A DNA stretch of 64,000 nucleotides, taken from positions 30,504,001 to 30,568,000 of the forward strand of contig OX597835.1 of NCBI GenBank assembly GCA_951406725.2, given 5' to 3'. Below, piece after piece: positions 1 through 14,210 of the stretch. The DNA is from Octopus vulgaris (Eukaryota). The position numbers and the translations under genes were made by a program. The notes under the pieces are model-generated. The model ran no database searches, was not told the origin of the DNA, and saw only the letters and a list, made by a program, of their open reading frames with translations. Each line of letters opens with the position of its first letter. The stretch's first letter is position 1.

Positions 1-33
<33 letters not shown>

Positions 34-59
34 GAAATAATAATAATAATAATAACAAC

Positions 60-113
<54 letters not shown>

Positions 114-116
114 TAA

Positions 117-198
<82 letters not shown>

Positions 199-215
199 TA
201 TTATTATTATTATAT
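1..215. repeat. (TAA)n followed by (TTA)n (inverted microsatellite)
   Basis: Directly visible; the polarity switch is at ~112-120. Confidence 0.9.
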
Positions 216-390
216 ATGCAGGTGTGTGAGAGTGTATATAAGAATATAAAGAAGACTCAAGAAACAGGTAGATCGATAATGATCCTATATATGTGTTGCA
301 TTTAGAATAAGCATATATATATACATATATATATATAAATATAAATATATATATTTAGGTATATATATTTATATATATATATATATATAT

Positions 391-433
<43 letters not shown>

Positions 434-486
434 GGGTAAAACAATGCATATATGATGGTCTTTACATATCTGCATGAATGTATATG

Positions 487-533
<47 letters not shown>

Positions 534-538
534 GTCTG

Positions 539-593
<55 letters not shown>

Positions 594-1361
594 GTCTATC
601 TATCTATCTATACATTACCGTTTGATCCAGCATCATGTATGTTGCGTGTTTGAGCAGATGAAAGATTACATTGTATAAAATAACAATTCCATGGCACCAC
701 GGCGCCACTACTGCCACCACCATCTCCAGCCCCACTACGAGATTATTCTTCTGCTACCACCACCTCAACATTTTCATCACCGCCGCCGCCGGCACCACCA
801 CCACCACTACCATCAACACCACCACCACCACCACCACCACCACCACCACCATTGCCCCCACCACCACCACCACCACCACCACCACCACCACCGCCACACC
901 ACCACCAACACCACCACCACCACCACTAATACTACCACAACTACTTGCAAGATCCATAACCTCACTCACCGAAATATCATGATCACCATCACCATTATCA
1001 TTACCATTGCTGTTATATTTTTACTATTATTGCCTGCATCACGACAACCATGATGACGACGACGACCACCACCACCACTACCACCACCACCACCACCACC
1101 AGCAACGACTACTACTACAACTATTTTACCAGCGTCTGGAACACCATGACTCGCACTACCTCCACTGTCATAACTACCATTAATCGCACCACCAGTAACA
1201 CTACAACAATTACTAACAAAATAAAAAACACCACTATTGTCGCCTCCAACATCATTCATCTTATCGGTGCCACCAGTGCCTCCACTTTCACTTTCACAAT
1301 CACCGTCACTGCTAATATTGCCATCACATGACCACAGTAACCATTAATGTTGAATTCAACT

Positions 1362-1503
1362 ATGGCACAAAGCCACCAATTTCGGGTGGTGTGGATAGAT
1401 GTAAGTCAATTTCATCTTCCCACCCCATTATTCAACTGGTACTTATTTTATCGATCTCGAAAAGATAGAAAGCAAAAGCGACGTCGGAGGAATTTGAACT
1501 CAT
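1362..1503 (-). mobile_element. SINE family D fragment
   Basis: caactggtacttattttatcgatctcgaaaagatagaaagcaaaagcgacgtcggaggaatttgaactc matches family D. Confidence 0.75.
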
Positions 1504-1664
1504 TTTAATGAATTTTAATTACCTTTTTTCTGATGATATCTGAAAGAAACAGCTATTTTAGCAAAACATATTAAGCAACACTAATAATAAATCAAAAATC
1601 ATAAAAATAAACAAGCTTTTGACGGTTTTATGGATATTTCAAAAGTATGATACTATGATGCGAG

Positions 1665-3586
1665 GTGTTACCATTGTTTTGTTCGACCACTGCGACCTCA
1701 CATCCCAGGTCTTACTATCATACTCAAATTCGGTATGTGACACACTAATTGTATACATAAGACAACATAATATAGTCATATGCAATATATATTGCCCACC
1801 GGATGCCCTAAACCACATAGGCAAGTTTGAAGATTGCCTCACAAGAATTAAAGAAATCCTCATGAATCTGGAACACCACGTGACCATATTTCTTATGGGT
1901 GATTTCAACTTCCCCAACGTCAAATGGTCTCATACTCTCAGGAATGACTCATTGCAAGCTAACACAGGTGGAGCTCAACCTCAGCAATACCCTATTCATT
2001 GAGCAAGCTGTACTCACACCAACTAAAGCTAACAACATTCTGGATGTCTGCTTCACGAACAATATGGACATCATTCATGATGGGAAAGTGACACCGACAT
2101 TAGTCTCGGATCACAACATAATAGAGCTGTCTATGTTTGGGCCGAAAGTAACCAGAGACATACAGCATAAAGGAAGCACCCGAAATCTCTCCAATCTGAA
2201 CTTCCACAAAGCAGATTGGAAATCGATCCAAAAAGAGATCTTCAGAGAGAACTGGCTGAAATGTCTCTCCACAGCAGACATTGACATGAAGCTAGAATGT
2301 TTCACATGTCTTCTGTGCAAGCCATATGCCAGAAATAGGTCCCAGAGCACAAGTCCAAAACAAATAGGAGCAAGATTCCAAGAGAGAGGAAGATCCTCAT
2401 GAGACGTCGGACGAAGGTTGCAAATCGACTCAACCAACATCCCAAAAGTAGCGAAACGTCCCGCTTGAAAACAACACTGATGGAAATCGAAAAAAGGCTG
2501 CAACAATCCTATGTGAGGGAGAAAGCAAACAAAGAAGCCTGGGTTATATAAAACATTAAGTCAAACCCAAAGGCCTTTTTTCATTATGCGAAAGAAACAG
2601 CCTCAAGACACTGCAAGATAGGACCCCTCCTTCCAAAAGGATGGCTCCCTCACAGAGAGTCCAACTAAGATCAGTGAGATACTGAATGACCAGTTCAAAA
2701 GTGTCTTTACCACCCCTTAAGAAAACAGACAACTGAATGAACCAGTGGACTTCTTCGCCGCCTCACCTATAACCAGTGAGGCAGTTACAATAGAATACAT
2801 TGACATTAGTGAAGGAGATATACTACTAGCCATAGATGAAGTGGGCACAAACTCAACTGCTGGACCTGATGGTTTCCCAGCAATCCTCCTCAAAGCGTGT
2901 AAGCATACCCTGGCAAAACCCCTCGAGATTCTCTTCCAGAGCTTTCTTACAAATGGCAAACTGCCAAGCAAGCTGAAGGAGGGTATAATATGCCCAATAC
3001 ATGAAGTGGGAAGTAGAGAAGAAGCCAAAAACTATAAACCTATCTCTCTGACTTCACACATCAGCAAAGTCATGGAACGGTTAGTCAGAGGGAAACTAAT
3101 CGCATTCCTTGAAGAGTGATACTCAGCATGGTTTTCGACCAGGTAGGAGCTGCCTGACCCAGCTCTTACAACATTATGACTGAGTGTTGATGCAGTTACC
3201 CAACAAATCAAATGTGGACGTAATCTACCTTGATTTTGCAAAAGCTTTTGACAAGGTGGATCATGGTATGATATGCCACAAACTGCGTGACCTTGGCATA
3301 GCTGGAAAATTTGGAGAGTGGTTATATGACTTCCTGAAAGTTAGGAATCAGGCAGTAGCGGTTAATGGAGCTACCTCTATGAACACACAAATAGTGAGCG
3401 GTGTTCCACAGGGCACCGTCTTGGGACCATTGCTTTTTATAGTGGCCCTCGCAGATATGCCCTCAAATGCCCGGATAGTCACTCTGGCAGGCTATGCAGA
3501 TGATACGAAAGTCTCGCAGAAAATACAGAACCCCAGCGATGTTGCACACCTGCAGCAGGAGTTGGACTCAATTCACAGATGGGCTG
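1665..3586 (+). mobile_element. Decayed CR1-like non-LTR retrotransposon ORF2 (APE endonuclease + reverse transcriptase), frameshifted and truncated at both ends
   Basis: Successive ORFs 1619-2002, 1899-2402, 2745-3119 and 3184-3816 carry EN motifs (IYCPP, LMGDFNFPNVKW, NILDVCFTN, SDHNII) and RT motifs (GPDGFP, NYKPISLTSHISKVMER, YLDFAKAFDKVDH, SGVPQGTVLGPLLF, YADDTK). The coding similarity breaks into (TA)n at ~3587. Confidence 0.93.
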
Positions 3587-3640
3587 TATATATAACATAT
3601 ATATACACACACACACATATATATACATATATATGCATAC

Positions 3641-3689
<49 letters not shown>

Positions 3690-3700
3690 CATAATTGTAT

Positions 3701-3753
<53 letters not shown>

Positions 3754-3938
3754 ATATTCTATAATTATGTATATAATTATAGAATATTTTGTATAATTCA
3801 CCTAAATATTTTTTAACGTACTGACTACTTGGTAAAATTATTAATTATTAATTTATTAATTTTACCCTATATATATAGATAGATATAGATATAATAACAA
3901 CGACAACAACAACAACAACAATAATAATAATAATAATA

Positions 3939-4200
3939 AATGGAGCCTGTATGACTGAAGCTATTATTTATGAAGCCACCGTAAATTCCACGAACGCTAA
4001 TAATACAGTTTCAACTAAGGAATATTTGGGTCTCAAAGAGGGAAATTTCAAAGCAAGATTCAACAATAGCACCTTAAGCGGCAGACACTAGAATAAACGA
4101 AAAATTACCAAATTATCCAGTTATATATGGTTCTTAAAGGAATAAGGTGTCAACTACAAGATTTATTGGAATATCTTAGCCAACGGTAGTGACAAGTGCG
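3939..4200 (+). mobile_element. Penelope-like element remnant, GIY-YIG endonuclease region
   Basis: Manual translation NGACMTEAIIYEATVNS...KEYLGLKEGNFKARFNN...TKLSSYIWFLKE*GVNYKIYWNIL, matching the typical PLE GIY-YIG C-terminus, with in-frame stops. Confidence 0.75.
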
Positions 4201-4592
4201 GTCTTTATAATATGAAGGATGACTCATCAGGAAAAGTTCCTTGGTTTCCGTTACATGTTTAAATTATAAAACTCAACTTTTTGGATGATGTTACGGTTTT
4301 GCCACCCTCCCCAAGATCACGGCTAGAACCCACATTTCTACTATGTTCCAACACAAGCTTCCCAAAACTTCCATTCATTTTCACTAGTTAAATTTTTATA
4401 TATATTCTTAATTTTTTGTTTCCTTTTAAATTGTGTGTATATATATGTGTGTATGTATATATATTATATGTAAATGTGTGTGGGTGTATATATATATATA
4501 TGTATATGAGTATAAGACTGCGTCCGCTCCCTTCATTTATACGGATATACATATGTTAGTATATATGCAGCAGTGTGAATATATGTCTGTAA

Positions 4593-4629
<37 letters not shown>

Positions 4630-5196
4630 CGCATATTTATACGTATAAATGTCTAAATATATATATGTATTATGTTATATGTATTCATGTAAGCACCTAT
4701 GTGTATATGAGGAGGAGGTTGCTACACATATACACATATATATACATGTGTGCGTGTGTGTGTGGATATGCGTGTATGTATGAGTACGTATATAAATATG
4801 TTTCTGTGTGTGTATGTACACGTACGTATACATCTTTATGTGAGTGTGTACATATATAGACGTTGTGAACGCAGGAGGTTTATGTCTACGTATTTTGAGA
4901 ATATGGTTAACTTCGTGTGAGTGTGTACATATGTAGACGTTGTAAACGCAGGAGGTTTATGTCTATGAATTTTGAGATCATGGTTGCATGTACTTTTTAA
5001 TTTTTTCCTTTTTCTTTTTCTACCTATTAAAGTAAATTCCCTTTTATTCAAAGGTTTTTCATAGCGTCTGTTGCCATTAATAGCCGACGAAAACGATACG
5101 TATCTCTTCGCTCCGATATTCGAAACTCAGAGTACTTTTTTATGAGAACATTTTGACTGTTTGTTCTATATTATAACACACACACACATCATAGAT

Positions 5197-5334
5197 ATAT
5201 ACACACACAAAGTGGGCCATAATGGTATGAAACAATTTAAATGTTCATATTGTAGATTATAAAAATGACATAGAGTACCAAATACAATTATTACATAACT
5301 ATCCTATCATTATGGCCCACACTACGTTGTATAT

Positions 5335-5335
<1 letters not shown>
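5197..5335. mobile_element. Small MITE-like element with terminal inverted repeats
   Basis: gtgggccataatggta near 5212 and tatcattatggcccac near 5305 are near reverse complements; both flanks are TA-rich. Confidence 0.45.
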
Positions 5336-5370
<35 letters not shown>

Positions 5371-5756
5371 CACCTGAAGTTTTCGGTGGCATTAAGCTCG
5401 AGACACGAAAGATTCATTCACATACAATAGGCTATATGTATGCATATATGGATATATATATAAATGTACATAAGTAGGCGTGTATGCGTGTATATTGACT
5501 ATATATTTGTATGTACATATATGTACGAGCGTACCTCTGCGTGTCTACATACATGCACGCATACACACATTCATACATATATATATATATATATATATGA
5601 GTGCATGTGTGTGAGTGTGTATGTATGTGCTTACAAGCAATCGCAAAAATACACTCGTACTTTCACATAGACACATACATCTATCCATACAAAACACACA
5701 TACATACATACATACATACATACATGCATACATACATACGTACACACCACACATAC

Positions 5757-5795
<39 letters not shown>

Positions 5796-6226
5796 CATAC
5801 ATATACATAGACAAATACACATACACCCCGGCAAATACACTAACGCGGCCACATATAACCATTAACCCGTCCCCCACCACAGACCAAACAGTTGCGTGAC
5901 CGCACGCATCTTCTCTGTAGAATCGGCAGCTGTGATACGAACGCATTGCTAAACCGCTATTACAGGGAAGAATGATTTTAAAAGCAAAAGCTGACTGGTA
6001 AATCGTTTCTGAAAACAGGAAGTGGCGATGTTGGTTGTAGAAATGGCGTCGATGGTGGAGACGGTTGCGATGGTGGTGGTGGCGGTTGTGGTCGTAGTTT
6101 TTGTTGTATTGGTTGTAGTGGTGGTGATGGTACTGGAGGTGGTGATGTAGTGGTGGTTATGGTAGTGGTGGTTGTGATATTGGTGGTGGCAGCGGTAGTG
6201 GTGGTGGTGATAATGTGGGTAGTGGC

Positions 6227-6349
<123 letters not shown>

Positions 6350-6488
6350 TATGTGCCTGTTTTTTGTCCACCAATGTGGCTTGAAAACCAGTGTTAGCGT
6401 GTTTACGCTCTCGTAACTTAGCGGTTTGGCAAGGAGATGGATGAAATAAGTACTATACCTTATACAAAAATAATAAGCAGTCAGGTCG

Positions 6489-6490
<2 letters not shown>
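6350..6490 (+). mobile_element. SINE family A, 3' fragment
   Basis: tgtttacgctctcgtaacttagcggtttggcaagg...aaataagtac matches the body of the full-length copy at 24236-24628. Confidence 0.65.
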
Positions 6491-6535
<45 letters not shown>

Positions 6536-6538
6536 GTA

Positions 6539-6729
6539 TAGGGTGAATTCACAATAAAAAAGCAAAAGATGACGGCAGGTGGTGTAGTCAACAAACAGAT
6601 GTATTAGTTTAACGCTTGGGAAGTGAAAAGGTCTTTAACTTTTCGAGCCTACGCTCTTCCACAGAAAGGAACACAAAGAAACAAGGAGAGAAAATAAAAA
6701 TATGTGTAGTGGCTAGCGATCTATCATGG

Positions 6730-6732
<3 letters not shown>
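6539..6732 (-). mobile_element. Penelope-like pseudo-LTR fragment with degenerate hammerhead-like motif
   Basis: Minus strand ctgtggaagagcgtaggctcgaaaagttaaagac is homologous to 53851-53890, which lies directly downstream of a PLE ORF. Confidence 0.6.
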
Positions 6733-6767
<35 letters not shown>

Positions 6768-6969
6768 ATACATATGTTACATTACTCGCGAATTGAGTTT
6801 CAGATGCCGAAGTGGAAATCCACAACACCATCTCTTCGGAGATAACCGAAGAGATGGTGTTGTGGATTCCATATATATATAGTAATGTAACATATTGTAT
6901 AGATAAATTTCCTCTATTTACATAATATTGAGGTCTCTTTCTTTCTTTTGTTATCTTACCGTTTTATCA

Positions 6970-7014
<45 letters not shown>

Positions 7015-7586
7015 CGTGTGTGTGTGTGTATGTAAGTATGTATGTATGTATGTATGTGTGTGTGTATGTATGTATGTACTAATTCTCTATGTCTTGAATC
7101 TGCGTCACTTAAATATTCTTTCACATAAAAAAAATGAGTCTGGGCCCCTCATATCGGTAGCATCAGAAGAATAGACAGTGCTTCCACTACCACAACTACG
7201 AACTATACTACTACGACGACGACGACGGCCACCACCACCACCACCGCCGCCGCTGCCACCATTATCCCCACGAAAGTGTGCGTGGGAGATATAGTTTGGG
7301 AGAGAGAATTAGAGGATAAGTGAGAAAGAGAGGGGAATTTGAGAGAGTCATAGCAGGAAATGAAAATGAGAGAGTAAGAAAGCGACAGAGCAGGAGAGAC
7401 GGAACAAATGTGAGAATAAGGAAAGAAATTGAGAGAGAGAGAGAGAGAGAGATAGAGAGAGAGAAAGAGAGAGAAAATGAAGGAACGAGAGAAAGGGGAA
7501 ACAAGCAACATAGAGAGAGCGATAGTGTGAAAGAGACTGAAATAGAAAGAGAGCGGGAACGGGTGAAGAGAGCGGGTAGGATAAAG

Positions 7587-7617
<31 letters not shown>

Positions 7618-7719
7618 AAGAGAGAGGAATATTGTAGGAGAGAGAGAGGGAGTGAGGGGCAGGGAGATGGCGAGAGGGGCAGGGAGATGGCGAGAGGGGA
7701 AAAGAGCGAACGAGATTTA

Positions 7720-7900
7720 CGGCAAGTGTCCGCCATTTTGAGCGTTTCTATCATTTCAACTGTCGTCTGCTTCCACTGTTGGTTTATTCCGTGTCTTCCT
7801 GTGAGTTAATCCGGTCTTAAGATAACAAGATTGGTGACGTCATCAATTTGAGATAAAGACCTGTCTGTCACCATCGCTCCGGATTATTGAATTTCTTCGT
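7720..7900. promoter_or_regulatory. Candidate cis-regulatory island (YY1/Pho, ETS, GATA x2, CRE)
   Basis: tccgccattttg 7729-7740, cttcctgt ~7794, agataac ~7820, tgacgtca ~7835 and agataaa ~7851, in unique sequence adjacent to a GA-rich tract. Motif inspection only. Confidence 0.35.
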
Positions 7901-8418
7901 ACCACACCAAAACACACGCCGCATCGCCTTATACTGCGCTGCCCCATCTTACACCAAACCGTGGCACAGCATAAAACTGCAAACCACACCGTACCGTACC
8001 ACTGCTGCATACCACGTCAGTGCGCCATACCATTTTATTCTGTACGACACCACTCAGCATTGAATGAGCTGAGCTCCACGAGGCTATTACATCATAACAC
8101 AATGCTACAAAGCCATTTGCTACAACACACACACATAATTACAATAGGATTGACACTACACACACATATATATATAGACATGCACACATGTACACACACA
8201 CACACACACATACACGCACAAACGCACAATTACGCGAACGTGGTACCACCTAAACACTAACCACGACCACCACGACCACTATCACAACGACCACTATCAC
8301 TACCACCACCATCACCACCACCACCACAACCACCACTACCACCACAACTACTACTACTAGTGGTACTACTACTACTAATAATAATACTACTGCTGCAACG
8401 ACTACTACTACTACTGCA

Positions 8419-8451
<33 letters not shown>

Positions 8452-8474
8452 GCTACTGCTGCTGCTACTACTAT

Positions 8475-8505
<31 letters not shown>

Positions 8506-8623
8506 ACTACTACTACTACTTCTACTACTACATGAACTCTATTAAACGACCACAGACTTCCCCCTGAGCCATACCACAATATCAGTACATCAAAGTATTG
8601 ATATCCACACCACAGAACAAGGA

Positions 8624-8664
<41 letters not shown>

Positions 8665-8874
8665 CTCTCTGTTTCTTGTGGGCACTCGTTCTGCTAGAGA
8701 CAGCAGCCAAATATCACCACCATTCCTACCGTCCTAGGAAAGGACGGGTTGGTTATACTCGTAGGTTTTCCGCCACTCGTCTTTCCCTATATGGATAATT
8801 ATCGGGATGGCCACGGATGGAATATCACTGACTATTGGTATATCTTTGATTATTGTGTGTATAACGTAGCGTTT

Positions 8875-9095
8875 GTATTCGTCCCCCACCCTTACCACCT
8901 TTTGACAACCGCTGTTAGTAAATTTATGGACCCGTAACTTAGCAGCTTAGCAAAAGATACCGATAGAACAAGCGCCAGACTTTAAAAAAATATAACAATG
9001 GTGAAAAAATATGCACTGTGGTTGATTTGTGTGACTAAATACTTCTAAGTTGTGCTCCAGCGTGGCCGTAGTCCAATGGCTGGGATAAGTAAAAT
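8875..9095 (+). mobile_element. SINE family A, diverged 3' half
   Basis: ttgacaaccgctgttag...cccgtaacttagc...gtgctccagcgtggccgtagtccaatggctg matches the 3' half of 24236-24628. Confidence 0.65.
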
Positions 9096-10342
9096 GTCAA
9101 ATATCAAGAGATGTTCCGACGAGCCTGACCTAGGGCTAAAAAGCATACACAGCAACGACAGCAACATTATCAAGAATATAATTCTACTTCAATGTGATAG
9201 GTTAACAGCATACTTCCACATCACTACAACACCGCTAAAGCACCAGGTATACTACTACGACCGCAACAACTTTTAAATATACCAGATACAACCATCACCA
9301 CCACAATCACATCCGCCACCGCCGCCACTAACTCCAACACCACTATCATCATCATTATGATCTTCACAGCCATAACCGCTACAACCACCGCCACCACCAC
9401 CACCAACCACCACCAACAACAACCACAATAACACAGACACAAATGCACACTGCCGTCAGCAACACCACCGCCAAAAACTACCTCCTACACTACTAAGATC
9501 ACCACCACTACCTCCAACAACTCTACCAACACTATCACCATAACCACCACCACCACCACCATAACCACTACCATCAACACCATCAACAACAACAACACTA
9601 TCTCCACTACCGTTAACTCCAACACCACCACCACCATCATCACTATTATCATCGTCACCACCACCACCTAATTGCAACACCAATACTTCATTACACCAGT
9701 AGTCCATCACACCGCCACACAAACATAAGATGACTAACAACACCAAACACACACACACACGCAGTCATTACACCACTTCCTATATACCACTGATACTGTA
9801 GGCTAAACTACATTACCATACTTCAATACCAACATCTAGCTTCTCCAGCACCATCACATCTACCACAACCACTGCACTGCTACTCCATACTACCACATAG
9901 ACATTACATGGCTCTCTATACCACTCATACTGTAGACTAAACTACATCACCAAAACACACTCTCTCTCACACACTCAGACACTGATCATATCACTTTACC
10001 ACTGACACTACAACCCAAACATTACCGCTCCAGTACTACCACACTATCTATAATATCACCTTAACCCACCGTCGCTGGACGAGTCGATTATTACACCGCA
10101 AACAGACGGCCATTTTAGCACACCAAACTACAGCCTGCAAAAAGCCGTTTCTGCTCTATTCAAACACCACCACCACAACCACCACCACCACAATCACCAC
10201 TACCACGACAACTACTACTACTACTACTACTGCCACTACGGCTGTTGCTGCCGCCATTTCTACCACTATTTACACTATTACTACTACTACTATTATTACT
10301 ATTACTACAACTGCTCCTGCTGCTGCTACTGCTGCTGCTGCA

Positions 10343-10382
<40 letters not shown>

Positions 10383-11475
10383 ATACTACTATTACTGCTG
10401 CTGCTGCTTCACACGAACACCCTGCCATTACGTCATCGCTACGTCATCATTATGCCACCATTGCACAAACGCAAAACCGCCATTAATACGAACATCCGTC
10501 CGGTCGCACCCGCGTCAGTCCGAACTACTTCTACCCATACCCACACTACCATCGTCATACTACGACACAACCACCTCACCACGACAACCACCACCACCAT
10601 CAACAACAACAAAAACAACAACAGCAACAACGGCAATAACAATATCAACATCATCGTATACCCTACACTACCACAGCAACACCACCAGATTAGTAGATGA
10701 CTATACATCACCACCAACTCCACTACCACCATCGCCGCTGCTGCTGACACCGCCGCCGCCGTCAGCGCCACCATCGGTGGTGCCATGTTTTATTACAAAC
10801 ATGTCAAGGTATAGTTTAATCGCTTGTCGAATTTCGGATTTAGATGGTGATGGTGGTGGTGGTGGAAGAGGGGGATGTGATAGTGATGGTTGTGGTGGTT
10901 GTGGTTCTGGTGCATGTATTTAATGTTGTTGTTGTGGTAGTGTTTATGGTAGTGATGGTGGTGATGATAATGGTGGTGGTGGCGGCGGCGGTATTAGTGT
11001 TGGCGTTGGCGGCAGCGGTGCTGTTGATGGTTGTGGTTGTAGCGTTGATAGTGGAAAAAAAAGTGTTGTGATAGTGATGGTGGTGGTTGTGGTTGAAGTG
11101 CTAGTATAGATTGTTGTGGTGGTCGTGGTGTTGATAGTGACAATGGCGGTGATGATGGTGTAGGTGGTGGCAATTGTGATGACAGGGCGCTAACGATAGT
11201 GCTGGTGATGGTGGTGGTGGTGGTGATGGTGATGGTAATTGTGGTGATGGTGGGGAAGAAAGTGGTGGTGACGTTTATCGACGATGGTGGTAGTCGTCGT
11301 CGTCGTTGACCGTCGTAGGAATGGTGCGTTGATGATGACGATGATGATGATGATGGTAATGGTAAGGATCTTATGGGTGGGGAGTGTGTTGATAGCATTA
11401 ATATTAATAATAATATTAATTATAATAATAATAATAATGATGCTATTATTATTATCACTATTATCATTATTATTA

Positions 11476-11524
<49 letters not shown>

Positions 11525-12011
11525 CATTATCAGTATTATTATCATTATTACTATTATTATTACTATTATTGTTGTTATTATTCTTGCAGGTAGTGGCGTT
11601 GGTGGGCGATGGTGTTGGTATTAGTGACAAGGTGTGGGTGCTAGTATATAGTGGTGGTGGATGTGGTACTGTTGTTTTACACCATGCAAAGCTTTCCTGC
11701 TGTGAATGCTAATAGCGCATTGTTCTGGTTGTGGTTGCGCTTATGGTCTTTTAGTGTATAGCATGTAAATGACATGTTTCTCTCTGTTATCCTCATTCTC
11801 TTACTCTCCCCTCTCTCTTTCTTTCTTTCTGTGTATGTACGTATATGTGTGGCGTGCGAGTGTGTATGTGTAGGATAAATTCTTTTGTTTATGTGACTTT
11901 ACGCATTATTCGCGAGTTTAACCGTAAATGTGTGGAAATGAATGTGTGTAGATAACAAGTGTAGAAACGTATATACATACACGCATATATATATATATAT
12001 AAGTGAGTGTG

Positions 12012-12080
<69 letters not shown>

Positions 12081-12751
12081 TACGTGTGTGATATGCGCAT
12101 GTGTGTGTGTGTGTGTGTAAGTATGTGAGTATGTGACTGTCTGCGAACGTGTGATTCGAAAGATGTGTTTATGTCTATGTATGTGTGTACGTGTGTAAGT
12201 TTAAGTGGGAGAGATTTAGAAGTGTCTTAACAGTCCGACACACACACACAAGCAAACAAACACAAACAAACACATACACACACACACACGAACACACAGC
12301 GTCATAAGGCAAACTTAAACACTGACACACAAGTTTTCAGACATAAACACATACGCATAGATTCATAAATTTACTCGCACGAGAATTCTCTATCACACAC
12401 GTACACACGCAGAGACACATAACTACATGGAGATGATTCTGACGAACGTATACACAAAAACACGGTAAGCACAGCACACGCACATAAACACATACACACA
12501 TAGAGAACGATCGCGTAAACTTGTAGTGCTAAGCAGTTTAAGATGGCGGCCAATGCAATGAGATTAAATGTAATTTAAGTGTTGGTCAGGATTTTGAGTT
12601 TAAGATTGATAGACGTTATAAAGACGTCGACGTGTGTACACATGTACACAGACATACATATAGGCATGCACGCATACATACAAATGCTTATATATATGTA
12701 CATATATACACACATATGTAGGTATATATATGTATATATATATATGTGTAT

Positions 12752-12796
<45 letters not shown>

Positions 12797-12798
12797 CA

Positions 12799-12859
<61 letters not shown>

Positions 12860-12992
12860 TCATACTTATATATACGCATACGTAATATACAGGGACATAT
12901 GCTTGCAAAAATTGCATACATGCTTTTATATATGTACATACTTGCATATATACATAAGTGTGTGTGCTTGTGTGCGGCTCTACATGCGTATG

Positions 12993-13040
<48 letters not shown>

Positions 13041-13439
13041 GTGAGAGAGAGAGATATACGCATGTCTATATATATATATACATATAGACATACGCATGCA
13101 GACAGGCTCACAAGCACACACAAACACACACACACATATATATATATATACATATAAATTATATATACACATTTACATAATCTGCCTTGCCTCCTCTTAG
13201 GATGTATATATCTGCATATATGTATGTTTGCATACATATGTGTATTTGAATGCGTAAGTGTATATATATATATGTGTGTGTATGTGTGTGTGTGTGTGTG
13301 TATGTGTGTGTGTGTGTGTGCGTCCGTGTATGCATGAGAGAGAGGGGGGAATGTAAATGCAAATTACATACATGCATATATACAAATATAAAGTATCAGG
13401 AAATCTTTAGACATCCCCAAATATCTGTCAATTGCGAAT

Positions 13440-14210
13440 AACCTTTTCATTATGAAAGAAAATAAAGCAAGACAAAGACAGTCTAACTATGTGAATTAAA
13501 TTATACTCCAAACTCCAATGCTCTGCCAGAAAGGACTTCATAAAACATACACTTGATACCTCAATCTGTCTTTTACAAACGCTCTGTGCTGCCAAAAACA
13601 TTAATAACATCCCAGAAATCTGGAAAAAAAAAGGAAAGAATACTGAAGGTCTGTATAGAGCAGTTTCTGATCAACAGAAAGATACATAAAGTAACTGTAA
13701 ATAACCGCAGGAAGTTTGTTATGGTATGGCTGGAATAAGAACTCTCGTGGTTAGGTTAGCCAAAGTTCCATACGAATAAGGAATCATAGCAGCTTGTCTG
13801 TGATACGGCTGAATTGCCAGAAAACTTTTCTTAGGCACCACGTGGGTGGATTAGCCAGTGTTCAAGAGCATGGTAGTTGCTACTCAAAACCTAATCATAA
13901 TTTGGTACACCACTTCACAGCACAAAAGATAAACCAATCAAATCTGATAGTATACATTACCAAGAAGAGGAGAGTCCAGTGAATTGATCGTAAACGGGAT
14001 TAAAGTCAATCTGTCATCAGTCACAACCTCCCACGATTAATACACCGCCTCAAAGCACCTTTGCTAAGACTAACCTGATTTAAATTGGTCACTACAAGAA
14101 CTTAATGGGATAGATGTAAGACATCCCCAAACTTCTCACGGTTGCTAGAAATGTTCACATCAATGGTGGTTTCGAGAAATTATATGTCCTGCATACAAGA
14201 TCGAAATTAG
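13440..14210 (+). mobile_element. Highly decayed R4/Dong-like (RLE-type) non-LTR retrotransposon, RT region
   Basis: Translations CIEQFLINRKIHKVTVNNRRKFVMVWLE (cf. GCKEQLLIN...NLxMAWLDY) and NWSLQELNGIDVR/KLLTVARNVHINGGFEKLYV (cf. WxxxELxxID.KTRKxLT...H..SDVDRLY). Confidence 0.65.

Noticed and set aside
478-1331. His/Thr/Pro-rich ORFs
   Set aside because: They are translations of (TATC)n and (CAC)n microsatellites, open in several frames, with no domain or splice evidence.
1665-3586. Intact or domesticated reverse transcriptase gene
   Set aside because: Multiple frameshifts and stops, and truncation shortly after YADD.
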